A stretch of DNA of 64,000 nucleotides from the NCBI GenBank assembly GCA_043228905.1, contig JBHGNT010000002.1, positions 2,852,001-2,916,000 on the forward strand. The letters are read 5' to 3'. Made by a program: the position numbers and the translations under genes. Shown one piece after another: positions 1 to 13,539 of the stretch (the first letter of the stretch is position 1; each line of letters begins with the position of its first letter). Under the pieces are notes generated by a model, which was not told the DNA's origin, searched no databases, and was given only the letters and a program-made list of their open reading frames with translations. This stretch comes from Azolla caroliniana. Taxonomy: Eukaryota; Plantae; Polypodiophyta.

Positions 1-462
1 GAAACACAAGAGGTCAATCTCAAGGAATGTACCACCACCTACCCTTTTGTTGGTGAGACACGTGAGAATGAGTGTCAACCACTCTCAAGCTACTAATGTG
101 TAGAATAACTACTAAAGCAAATTGTGATTCAAATCTACAACTTAATCACCTGAAGATTAATTATATACTTAATCTATGTGAGACTTTACCATAATATGAG
201 CATCTGATTGGAGAGCAACTAGGCAATAAATCAACAACATGATTAAACTTTCACTAGTCACACTTAATTGCATTCCTAGAATAATGACAATGATTATGAC
301 TATAACTTGAGATTAAGGAAATGATTAAGAGAGTATTAACTTTAGCTCTAGTGAACGTATATGAGGAAGAAACCTTGCAAAAGGTTTATAGTTTCATATA
401 TGTAGTTCTTCCCTGTTTAGCAATATTACAACCATCTTCCTTAACACTTGGGAGGCTATAAA

Positions 463-466
<4 letters not shown>

Positions 467-508
<42 letters not shown>
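467..508. repeat. (TA)n microsatellite
   Basis: Direct observation. Confidence 0.95.
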
Positions 509-512
<4 letters not shown>

Positions 513-1760
513 CTTTAAACTTTATTGCAATGTTCGTCCTATATCTACAAGGAAGTTTTAGTTTATCCCAAGGTAAGCTTAAGTGTATCCTCAAGAGTCT
601 CTTTAGTGTTGAAGGTAAGATGTCTAATAGATACTTATAAAGGGTTTCATAAGTATGTGATATTGATTGACGTGAGTGCAATGAGTGTGTATTTGGTATA
701 ATATAATACTGATTCTTCCTTTGATTATTCTTCAAATTTGTTTCTTGGTGATAACTTGTGTAGATGATGTAGATACACGAACCAATTTCATTGTTTTGAT
801 TCCAAACTCACGAGTATTACTATTAGGCAATGTCTATTAACTATTTCTTTTGCAAAGTAAGGAGATCAAAATAGCCAGCATTAAGGTGGATCAATATACA
901 TCGCCAAAACCATGACAATGGTAGAGAAGAGCTTGCATTATGCATGCTAGATAGGTCGATGTTGACTACATTGAAGTGTTAGGCAAATCATTCACATTCC
1001 ATACCAAGAGGAACATTTCCACTTGCTGGACAATCATTATGTAGAAGGCATGGCCTGCTTGTTACATGACCCATGAGATGCAAGAGGTGCCCCTTAATAA
1101 TGTATATATGCAGGAGATCAATCACAGGTAATATCCTGACCTTAATAATTGAGACACTATATAAAGGACATCTCAGAAGTTCATCTATTTCAGGTATCCC
1201 TGGATGTTTATCCTGTCACAACCGAACTCAAACAACTAAGTTGGACCATTTGTTATTGGCATATTTGAGCCCTACAACATATCAGATCTTGGGACCATAT
1301 AATATCCTGATTCATAAATGATGCCAGGAACCCTTCTATCAGCAAGAGACAACCTTTTATGTGTATGCAAATTCACTCTTCCATATTAAAAAATCTCTGA
1401 CTGTGCTCCTTTCACCTGAAAGTGAAAGTTCTGGAGATGAACGCCCTTGGTAGCAATGATTCATGATAGATTTGACATTCATGACTTACAAAACAATTTC
1501 AATAAATTTAGTGCTTATTTCTCTAAAAACTCAATTGTAAACTAGATCAATTCCTCACCTAGAGAGCATAGAAATTCCAAAAACACAGACACATATGGAA
1601 GAAAGTCAAAACTAGATTCGTTTCAAAATTGGTTAAGATCCAAGAATGGTCCTATTGACTATAATCCCAGCTTTTGCCCAGCTTGTAGAATATAATCCTG
1701 ACAAAAAATTTGATCATCCGTCAAAACCTACAAAACACGAACTCATGTCTTGTAAATTAA

Positions 1761-3794
1761 TCAAAGGCCTTCCCAGCCAGCTGCACCAGCAGGAGCAGGA
1801 GGAGCTGGAGCAGAATCCCATCCTTGACTGGCACCTAAAAAAAAGTCAAGATGACATTAACACGAGGCTAAACCAAAGTCAAGTGAACACATGGTAAAGT
1901 CAATACATACCAGCTGGCCCAGCGGACCATTCTTGCGCAGCTACTGGAATTGCTGTCACAGGTGCTTCCCAGTTACCCACAGCAGCATCAGTTCCATCTG
2001 CAGTCCACTGTTCCACGGCGGCAATGGGTGGTGCAGAATACTCTGCGGGTGTGAACTCCTGAATCACACCTTCCTCATCCTCACGCTCCTTGGCCTCCTC
2101 TGGCTCCCGATAGAAGAATAAATCAACCTGTGAAATTTAAGAATCGGTGTTATCAGTGAACAAACCATGCCATATTCTATCACAGATCAACGTATGCATC
2201 AAATAGTATTAATAGCAAAAAAACATTCCAAAATGCCCTCGATTGTTTCTGCTTTTTATTCCCCAAATGCCGGTATGCCACAGTTAACTTGGGAAAGGCT
2301 TGACTAAGGTATTTGGGCAAATAACAAATGCCTACGAGCATTTGGGGAAATAAAGAAAATCCCAAGAATATTTCAGAAGTTTTTTTCTGGATTAATAAAC
2401 ACTCATGCAAATCACAAGTTGCAGGTTTTAGTCATTGATAGATAATCTAGGGATTAGAATTCACACCATGACTTCCCAAGGTTGGCGAGGAGGGATTGTT
2501 CCCCTCATTTGAAGGACCATTCGTGCCAACATCCAGAAGAGACAGCCAATGCTGTGCTTCCCTTTGTTGTTGGAAGGGATTCCAATATCAACATGACGCA
2601 TTGGCGAGTCCGTGTCACAAAAAGCAATAGTGGGGATATTACCAAGAGCAGCTTCCCTGATTGGCTGAACAATTAAACAACAAAAAGCACATAAAAACAA
2701 ACAGTTGAAAACTATTGCACAATCGAGATGGAAAGACATAAATCGAACAGGAAAACATGAAAAACATCCCCAACTTGGGGAGACCTTTTTGCTATGATAT
2801 TCCCAAGTACATTCTGAAGGTTTCCAAGAATACCCTTATTGAGTGAGTACCACCTTCTAGAGCAGCACTAGGGTATTCTAGTAAACATTCCAAAAGTTCT
2901 TTGCCCTATGTAGTCATAATACCCTATTGTTACCTGATGATCAGTCCGAGGATCAGTTAAGATGAGGAGGCGAGGTTCACAGAAGGTTGTTTGAAGCTGA
3001 TTTGTGAATGTTCCCGGAGTGTGACGACCTGCGATTGCTTGTGCACCTGTATACTGTGCAAATTTCAAAACGGCCCTTTGGCCATATGGTCTCGCAGACT
3101 GGACTATAATATCCTGTGGGTTCTCAATGGATACAATAACTCGAGCCGCGAGTTCAAGTTTCTCCCATGTTTTCCCCACGTTGATGATGAAAATACCTGA
3201 GAATTCCAGGTCAAGAACAAAAATTACAGGATAAGAATAATGCATATCAACTTAATATTAGCACTGAACGTTAACAGTTGGAAATTATGGAACCAAATGA
3301 ACAAGGAGTAAGCAGTGAGGAAAAATACAAAGGCCTTGAATAAACATAACAAAACCCATAGAAGATCAAAACACAAATATATGTTAACATCAGTTCAAAC
3401 CATGCTTCTCTTCCCCTGCCCCCTCCAAATGCCTAAACAAAAATAGTACTTTTGAAGAGCATTACAGTAGAACAAAAATCAATGCAGGAAGTAAATTCTT
3501 CAGAGATCAGGAGAGGATGTGTTAGATTGACATTCGCATTACATTAGACAGATCTCAAAGAAGGGCAATTCCTCGAGGAATAGTTACTGAGGGACGAACA
3601 ATTTACATGAGAAAATTACTGAAAATGAATCAAAAGGACGAACGAACGAAAGAAGAAACAAAATTAAGGGACAAACCATCAGATCGGCGTTTCCATACGT
3701 ATCGCTCCATCTGGAAGTCGCAGTTCTTGGTGCCGAGGTGGACATCGGCAGCGAGCATCATCTGTATGTCGGATTCCTTCTGGGAGAGCGCCAT
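1761..3794 (-). CDS. RPSA: 40S ribosomal protein SA (uS2), 5 coding exons: 3794-3677, 3196-2934, 2664-2467, 2127-1911, 1834-1761
   Basis: Hand-spliced with GT-AG introns: [40 protein letters not shown]|[21 protein letters not shown]...[12 protein letters not shown]...DPRTDHQ|[22 protein letters not shown]...WEVM|[11 protein letters not shown]...GWEGL*. An in-frame stop lies upstream of the ATG. Confidence 0.97.
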
Positions 3795-3913
3795 GGCAAT
3801 TGGGCTATGGCAACAGCAGGGCTCTCACAGAAGCTGAGGAACGAAGGCGATGGCGATGGCGATGGCGATGGCGAAAGGAAGAAGGCACAGAAGGAGCTTG
3901 AGTTTTCAGATGT

Positions 3914-3921
3914 AAACCCTA
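3914..3921. promoter_or_regulatory. Telo-box (AAACCCTA) upstream of RPSA
   Basis: Exact motif about 120 bp upstream of the ATG; telo-boxes are typical of plant ribosomal-protein promoters. Confidence 0.6.
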
Positions 3922-4108
3922 GAAGTAGAAATCTTAGATCTCTGTTGGTCTGTCTGTGTGAGGAGGTGTGGGTCTCTCTATGTCTGTGTGGATGGGTGTT
4001 TGGGGGGTGCCCATTGTTTGGGCGGACATTATTCCGGCCAAGTGTGAAATGGAAAAGGACTTGCAAACACGACCCGAAACCCTCGTGGCTCGCCCCTCAC
4101 GAATCTAC

Positions 4109-4280
4109 ACCGGACCTTGAGATTCTACGGTCAAGCATATTCTCAATCTTCACCAGACCTTGAGATTCTACGGTCAAGCATATTATTGAATCTTCACCTG
4201 GCATTGAGATTCTACGGTCAAGCATATTCTCAAATCTTCACCGGACCTTGAGATTCTATGGTCGAGCATATTCTCAAATC
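4109..4280. repeat. Minisatellite, 4 x ~43 bp (ACCGGACCTTGAGATTCTACGGTCAAGCATATTCTCAATCTTC)
   Basis: Four adjacent near-identical units with no spacers. Confidence 0.9.
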
Positions 4281-5898
4281 TCTCTCAACTTTCAAATCCA
4301 TACTTGGCCATCGATCTTGATTCGTGTTGGGGGCCTAATTTAATTCTACTCTCAACAAAGTTTATAAGAAATGAAGATGGTGTCGGAAGCAGTCCATAAT
4401 CTGCGCCTTGGATGGATTTTTAGTTTTTTAGCTTTCTTGTAGTCCTTCAAAAATCTAATTGCAGTTTTATTTGGTTTGTTAAACACAATCATGCACCAAT
4501 AGCACAAATGAATACTAATCAAAATCTCGTATATTTCATGATCAAAATCAAATTACATATGTTTGTGGCTTGTACGTGCTTATATAGTTTACAAAAGAAG
4601 AGAGGTCTATAGTTACCATGTGCTTCTTACATTCCTTCGTATCTCATGATTTTTCAAACCAACATACACTATAGTTACCTACCTAATGAATATGGCACTA
4701 GTCTACACCTTAACATAATCCAATAATGTCACTTGTAGAGTATAAAAATCTTCAAATTTGCCATCCTCTTAGAGGTGAGCTCTGTATTGTTGACACTTGC
4801 CAAAAAGGTCATCTCAAAATGTCCTCACACTAGACTCTAACATTTGGCCATTACCCATTGACGTTGGTTGCTTTTATTAATCCCACAGTCCTCAACCACT
4901 CAACTTCGCATTCCAAAATTTCCATTCCACCATTTAGGGATTCATCAACTACTAGAACTAACAAAAATTTAACAAGAGGCCATTTGTTTGTACAAATGAA
5001 CTACAATGAGATCTAGATGTCCTTACAACCCCTCTAAAGAATCTAAAATAAACTAGAATAACTAAACTCTCTAAGAGTGAAGAGAGCATGTGAGTCCACA
5101 TATTTGTGTTACACCAATCACGCAAGCTACTAAAACTAACCACCCAGTATGATCATACACTCGTGTAAATTCATCGTGGTTCAACATCCTCTAGTCTCTT
5201 CATGAGACAAGCTATGTATCATACTTGAACGAACCACCCATTATAATCACACTTGTGTTAATTCATTGTGGTTCAAAGTCCTCTAGTCTCGTCATGAGAC
5301 AATCAATGTATCATAGGGTTAAGCCCAAAAGGCAACACTAGAGCATAGGGTTAAAATGTCACTAAAGGCAGCGAAGCTCTTCTAGAAACTAACATGCTCA
5401 AGTGATCGACATTCATTTCTCCACTCATTGACTTGATTTTGACTCTAGGATAGCCTATTGTGTTTGCCCTATAGTTTATAAGTATAATGAATGTCTCACT
5501 TCATAAGATTGATACAATCAAGTGTTTTATCCGCCTGGCTCCATTAATTAGCATACCACGATGCAAGGCTAGGGAATGAGCCATTTAGAATTTCATCTTT
5601 TAACAATCTTGACAGTACAATAAGATGAACATTGAACCACTTATGGAGTAGCTCCATCTACATTATGGAGGAAGCTTTTGATGCAGATATGCATCCAATG
5701 CTGATAAATATGAAGGAATTCATGGGCAATCGTCTATTTGCCAAAGATGTAAAGCTGCATCAAGAAATTTCATGCCGCTAAATATTCTCAACTTGCTTGA
5801 ATTGAAAACTGCAAAAACAAGTGAGCTTTAAACATTCATAGAAGACTAGACCACCTTGAAAATGCTCAAACGTGAACACGGCAACAATGTTCTTCTGA

Positions 5899-8800
5899 TC
5901 ACGTGCGAGGCTTTTCATTTATAATGAAAGACGAAAGCCATTGTTTCCAAGGTGCATTTTCTTGATGTTTAAACCAAGACAAGAAGGCACTATCAGCTAT
6001 GCAAAACATGTTTACGAATAGAAGCTGATGATGCACCGGCAAAAAGCGAAAGTTTATGATTTGTATGACCGGCCAAACTGCCCCATCCACCATAAATGCC
6101 GGTAGAAAATCTCGTTTCAAATCTTCCTTGAGCAATTTGAGGGTTCTCCCAGACGAAAGGCTCATGTAAGAGAAAAATGCTACCAAATGAATGGGTCCAA
6201 AAATGAAACAATCCATCAATACTTTACATCCAATGAACTTGATTGAGTTGGGGGTAAGTTTGAGTCTATGCCTCACCAGATGCTCCAGACCTTGATACCT
6301 ACCAATCACAGAAGAAGTGCTCTAAAGTTTTACAAAAAACTGAGAGAAAAAAAAAACATCAAATATACATCAAAATTCTCACAAGCACAAATTATAAAGC
6401 TATGGTATCTACGACAAAATTTGATATCATAGAGGTGCTATAACCAAAATTTCCACAAAAGAAAAAGGAAGAAGAAAGTTTAGTTCTTTAGTGCATCTTT
6501 GTTTGTTCTCCCATTCTTCTCTTGTTACAAGAAATTCATTGATTGGTTCTTGTATTCACATTCCAGAGAGTTGATTGCGACACAAAAACTAGAATTAGGG
6601 CCTTCTGGTTTTTTAGAACAGGGCCATAGGTAGAACTATTATGCTGAGAAAAATCACAAGGAGCCACTTCATGTATGGTATCAACTCATCAGCTTTGTAA
6701 AACACATTCATGAGCACTAAGTTTCCAACGCTTTGGAAAACAAGCTCTGTGAATATTACAATTTGTACAGAAATGGCCTTTTTTAATGTCTCACCAGCTC
6801 AGTCGCTTTAGTGGGTTTGCTTTTCATGAAATGCCTCATTATCTATTACAATACATCAAACATCTTGTCTTTCCATGCATCAACAAATATTCTAAATGAG
6901 GGTAATACACTCACACGACATTAAAACGGAATCACATTTCAGAGTTTCAAAGTTCCAGCTCTATTAAACAAAAATGTGAAAGCCATCTACACAAACTTGT
7001 ATACCCTCGCAAAAACTTTCATTTTAGAGTCCTCGTCATCTTACATAAAGCCTAGTTTCTCAATCTTACCATATGTGAGCTCATAAATTCCCATTCTAGG
7101 TTGTTCCCTAACGCAAACACAGAATCTTTGATATGAAAATGGAATGCATAAAGACTTTATTCAGTCTGTCTATAAGCACATATTGTGAGACCATACTTGG
7201 CCACTCTCATTTATTAATTTCCCAAATCGTAATGTAATTACATCTCTTTTGTTCATGCAAATTTAAACACAACATTTTCAAGCCAAACCTTGAGAATAAC
7301 TTGAAAATAAACCCTAAACCCTAAACTATCAAGGATAGCCATCTTCAAAGTGCTTGAAGATAAGCTCACGCCATCTATACTCTCCACTCATGTCCAGAGA
7401 TTTAAGAACACTATAGTGATTGACACACGAACAAAACTTCATGATGGATCAATGCCTAGAGTGCAGGCATCACAAATAATTGTACACTATCTCTTCTGAA
7501 ACTTCTTGCAGGTTTGTGCCTTCCATCAGATTACAAACCCATATCTTTTCCACTTTTCGCTCATCCATATGTGCTTATGCTTCGTGCATTTGACCTCATT
7601 TAATAACTCATTATTACACAAAACATTGACTGGGAAACAAAATGATGCATTAGTCCAATTATTTTAACTGTGTCTGCAAAATACAGATAAATATAGAAGA
7701 ATCAACTATTAGACACATAGGTACCGTTCAACATAAAAGACGTACATCAAATAGACCATTACCTCATTATTGACGTAAGGAGCGCAGTTCAAGAAAATAT
7801 GTTTTTTTAGGTATCGCAAACATTTAAACTAGGTATGAAACTCTATGTTTCTTTTAGTGAAAAAATTTATTAGGATATACTTTTTGGCAGGATTGAGACT
7901 CAAACCTACATTGAAATGATGAATAAGTAACATGAACATGACACTTTCATCTGGCTGTTTCCCACAAGCAAAATGGAATTCCCAGAAATTTCTAATGGGG
8001 TCTTGCGTTATATGTTAGTACTGAGAATAAACTCTGATATGCACATGAAACCTCTTGGATATCAGCCACCTTGTGGACATTCAAGACCAATTTGATATAT
8101 CAACTTCAGTACCTCAAAAGAAGCTTCTAGAATGGGAAAATATTGACCAATATTTGATATTTGTTGTCAGCATGACGTCTCCTCATTGTAATAAGGATTG
8201 TGAACGGTCGACAGGTATCATACCAACTTCAAACTGTAGGATTGATATTGAGGACCAGCAATGCATTTATTGTAGTAGCAATGTGATCACTCATTCTGTA
8301 AATAGTAAATTATAAAGCCTCTTTTATTTCTTATGTCCTAATGTGCAAGGACTCCATAACAGTATATCAAGAGTACAAGGTAAATTATAAAACCTGTTTT
8401 ATATCTCATGTGTCTTAATGTGTAAGGACTATGTAATATCAATATTAAGAAACATGTTACATTTCACGTGAAAGGGCGCTGATGCCTAGTTATTGTGACC
8501 TTCCTTACTGTAAATAATAAATTCAGATTCGTGTATGAATCCTTATTCCATCTTGTGATAACACTCCTTCTAATAGATGCAACATTTCAAAAATGTATTT
8601 CATCGAACAAAAAACTATGATGACTAACTGTGTAATGAGAAGACCAATAGATCCCAAGTAAATGTGTTACATCTCAGCAAGGCATTAAGAAAACAAACAG
8701 AAACACCAAGCTTCCATGGAAACAGTATGTCCAGCTTGTCCTTTAAGAGCATGTGCAGAAAACAAATATGCAACCATATTTTAACCTATGGAAACGGTTA

Positions 8801-10354
8801 TCCAAGTGGTGTCTCACAGGGCATTATGGTATTTAGAGATAATATAAGTCTATTTTGGCATCTTAAAAGATGATAACTTTTCTTTCTTTTCTTTCTTCAT
8901 TTTGGAGTGTCTGTTTTCTAAAGGAGTTTCAGAAGTCCAAAGAAGATTGGGAAATGGTTCTGCTCTGATACTATCATATTCAAGTGTTGAGGACGTTTGC
9001 AATTGAAATGTGATTGGATTAAGGATATCCTTGGAACCAAAAGAGACAAGAATCAAACCTCTAGAATTTGAAAAAGATCAAAAAACATCAGGAAAGCATG
9101 TAATCACATCTCTGAAAAAGAGGACTGAATTAAGCATACAGAACTTAGTGAAACACAAGCTTTGAGTGTTTCAACTTGTGTATGTGTATGTGTGTCAAAT
9201 TGACCGCATGTAAAACTCCAAAAAAATGGTATTTATGATCAGCAAACAATTGCAAGTGCTTTGGGGGTATTTGGGTCGGCAATTTGTTTGAAGATAAATG
9301 TTAAATAAATGTGGCTGCTGCTTTTCGATGTTGAAACAAATTGCATATATATTGGAAATCTTCTACATGGCCTTTTGCATGTTCCATGGGGGGTAATTTA
9401 TTTTACTCTTCCTTGGTGCTTATATTTAATTTGATCTGGCGTTTTATTGCATGGTCGTGCTTCGAGCACCTTGACATTTTCATGTGTCAGAAATATTGTG
9501 GTTGTGTTGAGGAACTGATATGCAATCAGAAAGATCTCTGTTTGATTAGATTAGAACAACTATGTGCTCCTCAAATGCATGGAATGGGGGATTGAACCAT
9601 CTTAACGCGCTACAACAGCCACTCTAATTCTTAAATTTGTCCTTCTAGAAAGAACCACGGACACCAAATCTTTATGTAGCCTCTATAATATCAGAGGAGA
9701 AACACAACTCTTGAGATAATAACCTTTCATGGTAATCGAGATTTGATTCACCATTGATGCATCAGTGAAAAACAATATAATGAAAATGAGCTTTGCAGCG
9801 AAAGTTAGTAGAGATGTGTATTAGTACCACAAATGGCCGAAAGGTCCAACGAATGCGACCCCAAACGAGCTGCAAAGGGAAACTCTTCTCCAATCAATCG
9901 GTGCGAGTGCACTCGCCTTCTTATCATTAAGCTTCTCTTCCTGTGGGAAACATAGCATAAGAATTAATGAAGAAATCAAGAAATCCACTACTTGTATATT
10001 TATTTACCTTAGAAATAATGATCTTTATATTAAAATTACCTCTCACAATCATCTCTCTCTCACCCATATATCTGTACCATAACCCTCACACACACAGAGT
10101 ACATACTTAATACAGAAATGAATACGGCGTAACAGAGATAGAGAGATAATGAATTACTAGAATACCAAAGGGGGAGGAGGATCGAGAGGAGGTCGATGAT
10201 GAGGGGCTGCGTGGCGCTCGATGGATTGAGCAACCAAGTCTCCCGATGCCCAGAGGATGCCGGAGGAGACGATCTGCGTGCGCAATGGCTTCTGCATCAG
10301 CTGTGCCCTGTACCAACCCCATGCCCTCTGCACCAAAGATGCCATTGCACCCAC
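5899..10354 (-). CDS. Mpv17/PMP22 family membrane protein, 3 exons: 10354-10166, 9940-9828, 6298-5899
   Basis: WGWYRAQLMQKPLRTQIVSSGILWASGDLVAQ ... IDWRRVSLCSSFGVAFVGPFGHLW|YQGLE ... WPVIQIINFRFLPVHHQLLFVNMFCIADSAFLSW; GT-AG sites keep the frame; intron 2 is about 3.5 kb. Confidence 0.93.
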
Positions 10355-10714
10355 CCACCCCTTTTCCCTGCTTCTTCTTCTTCCTTCTTTCTTAATCTTC
10401 TTCTCTATCTCTATCTCTCTATCTTACATGACAATACAGTGCAAAGAAACCCCCTCCCTGCTGCTGCTGTTTCTCTCTCTCCCTCTCTCACACACACATG
10501 ACAATACTGTAGAAAGAACTCCCCTTCCCCTGTTCCTACTCTCTCTCTCACATGACAATACTATAACAAAAGAGCCTTCCCCTCCCCTGTTCTTACTCCT
10601 TCCTGCAAACACAATCATGGTGAGAGAATCTTTCTAGTTAAAAAAAAAAGAACACTAGACAAATTGAATGCAATTCTTCAAGAGGACAAAGTGCGTGCGC
10701 TCTCTCTCGACCCA

Positions 10715-11010
10715 TGACTATTTGCGCCTTTTCTCGTTACGGAATCTGTCGAATGAGCACATGTTACTCATACTATGCTTGCACCCTAGACCCCTTATCT
10801 GATCACCAAGCGCCAATAAGCTTCGATGAAAACCTACTCATACTCATACTTTGCTTGCACCCTAGACCCCTTATCTGATCACGAAGCGCCAATAAGCTCT
10901 CTTGCCCCACAACTATTTGCGCCTGCTCTCGTTACGGAATCTGTCAAATGAGCACATGTTACTCATACTCTGGTTGCGCCCTAGACCCCTTATCTGATCA
11001 CGAAGCGCCA
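10715..11010. repeat. Complex tandem duplication upstream of the Mpv17 gene
   Basis: ACTCATAC..TTGCACCCTAGACCCCTTATCTGATCAC.AAGCGCCAA occurs three times and ACTATTTGCGCC...GTTACGGAATCTGTC twice. Confidence 0.85.
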
Positions 11011-11870
11011 AGAAGGGTGACAAGAGCTGAGGCTTTAACAAATCTCGGTAGTTTTTAGTGACTTGGCAAATTAAGGAATATGTGCTTCCTTATAGGTGTG
11101 ATCACTTACGGTGGGTTGGTGTCCCCATGTATGAACCAAACGATCATTCACAAAGTTGTATGAGCTTCCCGAATCAAATAAAAATTATACGGGAGATCCA
11201 TTGATATACCCGTTTGCACGAAGTAAATCATTGGGTCCCAATACATAGTGAGGGAAAGAACATTTACAATTACTTAAATGATGTGTATAGACCTCAAGGA
11301 CATCAAGAATCTGACCTTTATGGTGTACAACTTTGCTTTTGTTGTCGTGCTCTTTCTGGTGGAGCTTTGGACATTACTCTTTTGTATGACCCTTCTTTTT
11401 GCAAAATACGCAAAAAGAATGTTGTCGTTTACAATCGTGATCCATGAATTCGTTGGGTGTCTTGTGTTTCCCAACGAATTGCAACTGCTTAGTCCTGTCA
11501 TGATATGGCAAGACTCAAACCCATGACCTCATGCTACATGGGTCGATCTCTTGACCATCAGACCATACGATGTAGTACATAAAATATTATTTTCATTTAT
11601 GTTTTATTATAGATTGATGTATATTCCAAATTTCTCTGGAACATTCTAGAAACTTCAGGAGTATTCCTCAGAACACTATAAAAGGAGGCATAGGGCATTA
11701 TTTCGAACCAAATCGGTTCAAACTGTCAGGAACAGTACTAAGACAGAGAAGGAATTAGTACTAAAAGAAGTATTAGTACTAAGCGAGGTGAAGAACTCTC
11801 GAGAGAAGGAAAGAGTGAGCGAGAGGGAGAGAGAGAGAGAGAGATGATAAGAAAAGATATATATTATGTG

Positions 11871-12163
11871 TGTCATGATATGGCAAAACTCAAACCCATG
11901 ACCTTATGCTACATGGGTCGATCTCTTGACCATTAGACCATACAATGTAATACATAGAATATTATTTTCATTTATGTTTTATTATAGATTGATGTATATT
12001 CCAGATTTCTCTAGAACATTCTAGAAACTTCAGGAGTATTCCTCAGAACACTATAAAAGGAGGCACAAGGCATTATTTCGAATAAAATCGGTTCAACGCC
12101 AGTCTTAAGCCACCTAGCTACTACTGTACATTCTCTTCACATGATATATATCTTTTCTTATCA

Positions 12164-12203
<40 letters not shown>

Positions 12204-12306
12204 CCTCTCACTCACTCTTTCCTTCTCTCAAGAGTTCTTCACCTCTCTTAGTACTAATACTTCTTTTAGTACTAATTCTTTCTCTGTCTTAGTACTGATC
12301 CTGATA
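11871..12306 (+). repeat. Complete 5' LTR of the chromovirus
   Basis: Starts TGTCATGATATGG; TATA box at 12052; internal (CT)n; colinear with 22514-22841 plus 23764-23921. Confidence 0.93.
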
Positions 12307-12308
12307 GT

Positions 12309-12321
12309 TTGAACCGATTTT
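12309..12321 (+). promoter_or_regulatory. Self-priming primer-binding site TTGAACCGATTTT
   Basis: Lies 2 nt after the LTR end and is the perfect 13-nt reverse complement of AAAATCGGTTCAA (12084-12096), 32 nt downstream of the LTR TATA box. No TGG-type tRNA PBS is present. Confidence 0.85.
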
Positions 12322-12398
12322 CTCATTCTTCCTTCCGTATCTTCCTTTCCTCCTCTTCCTTTTATCTTCTTATTAATCCTCTTATCCTACCTAGTAAA

Positions 12399-13539
12399 AT
12401 GGAAATTGTTAGCGCTCAGGAATACCAATATGTTTTCTCAGAGCTCCAGTGCTTAAAAGAGAAATTTGTAGCACTAGAATAATAAAATCATCATTTGTTG
12501 GGGGATCTTCAACAAATAGCGTTGGAAAAACAACAACAACATGGAGAGCTGACGTTACGTTTACAACAACTCGAAGCAACTATCGTATCATTACAACAAC
12601 AAGGATCAAGCACTCAAGGGATTCACAAAGAACCCAAGATCGGTCTTCATGCAAAATTTGATGGGACCCGATCACAGTTTAGAGGGTTTTTGAATCAGGT
12701 ACGTTTAGTGATACAAATGCATCCTTCTCGATATCCCACCAATGCATCACGAGTGGGACTAGTAGGCACTCTCCTTAGTGGCTTAACGTTAGCATGGTTT
12801 GCTCCATTGTTGGAAAGGAATCTCCATTACTAAACAGTTTTGAAGAATTTATAAGTGACTTTAAGGCCTATTTTGGAGATACTGACAGCATAAGGACTGC
12901 AATCAACAAAATCTGGCGATTATGCCAAGGTAACCGTCCAGCCTCCGCATATGCTGCAGATTTCCGCCTACTCGTTGTTGATATCCCTTGGGATGATCAC
13001 GTGTTGATGGAGAAATTTCGTTATGGCTTACGCAACGATGTCAAGGATTTACTCTTGACCTTCCCTGAAGAGCCAAAGTCATTAACAGAAGCAATCAGTT
13101 GCGCGGTGAGATGTGACAACCGCCTCTTCGAACGACGTTTAGGGTCGACAATTCCAGATTCCGAAGGCAAGATCAGAGCCTACCTACGCCTCAGTGGTAG
13201 CAAAACCTTTTCCGAGGGAGTCATATAATGCGCCCAGTAAGTACTCCAACTCCAATGGAAATTGACACCACTCGTCGTCGTGGACCGCTATCGAAAGAAG
13301 AAAAGCAACAAACCCGAGCAAACCGACTATCTCTTTATTGCGGTGGAGCATGGCATATCGCAATAAACTGTCCCCATAGGCCAAGAAGGCAGGTAAACCA
13401 AATAGTTGCTAGTTCTGATTGTACTAAACCCGAGTCTATTTCAGTAGGGATATCTGATAGTCCTAATAGTACTAATAGCCCAAATCTAGCGAACAAATTT
13501 GATGTCCTTAGTCAGTTAGAAGAAGAGTTAAACGACTAA
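12399..13539 (+). pseudogene. Chromovirus gag (stops and frameshifts)
   Basis: Fragments KEPKIGLHAKFDGTRSQFRGFLNQ, LCQGNRPASAYAADFR, PTPMEID, and a degenerate CCHC knuckle (LSLYCGGAWHIAINCP). Confidence 0.88.

Noticed and set aside
4109-4280. CRISPR-like appearance of regularly spaced repeats
   Set aside because: Units are contiguous with no unique spacers, there are no cas genes, and the context is eukaryotic.
11866-11870. ATGTG as the TSD of an element starting at 11871
   Set aside because: The 3' LTR is followed by AGTCC, which matches 11491-11495 instead.
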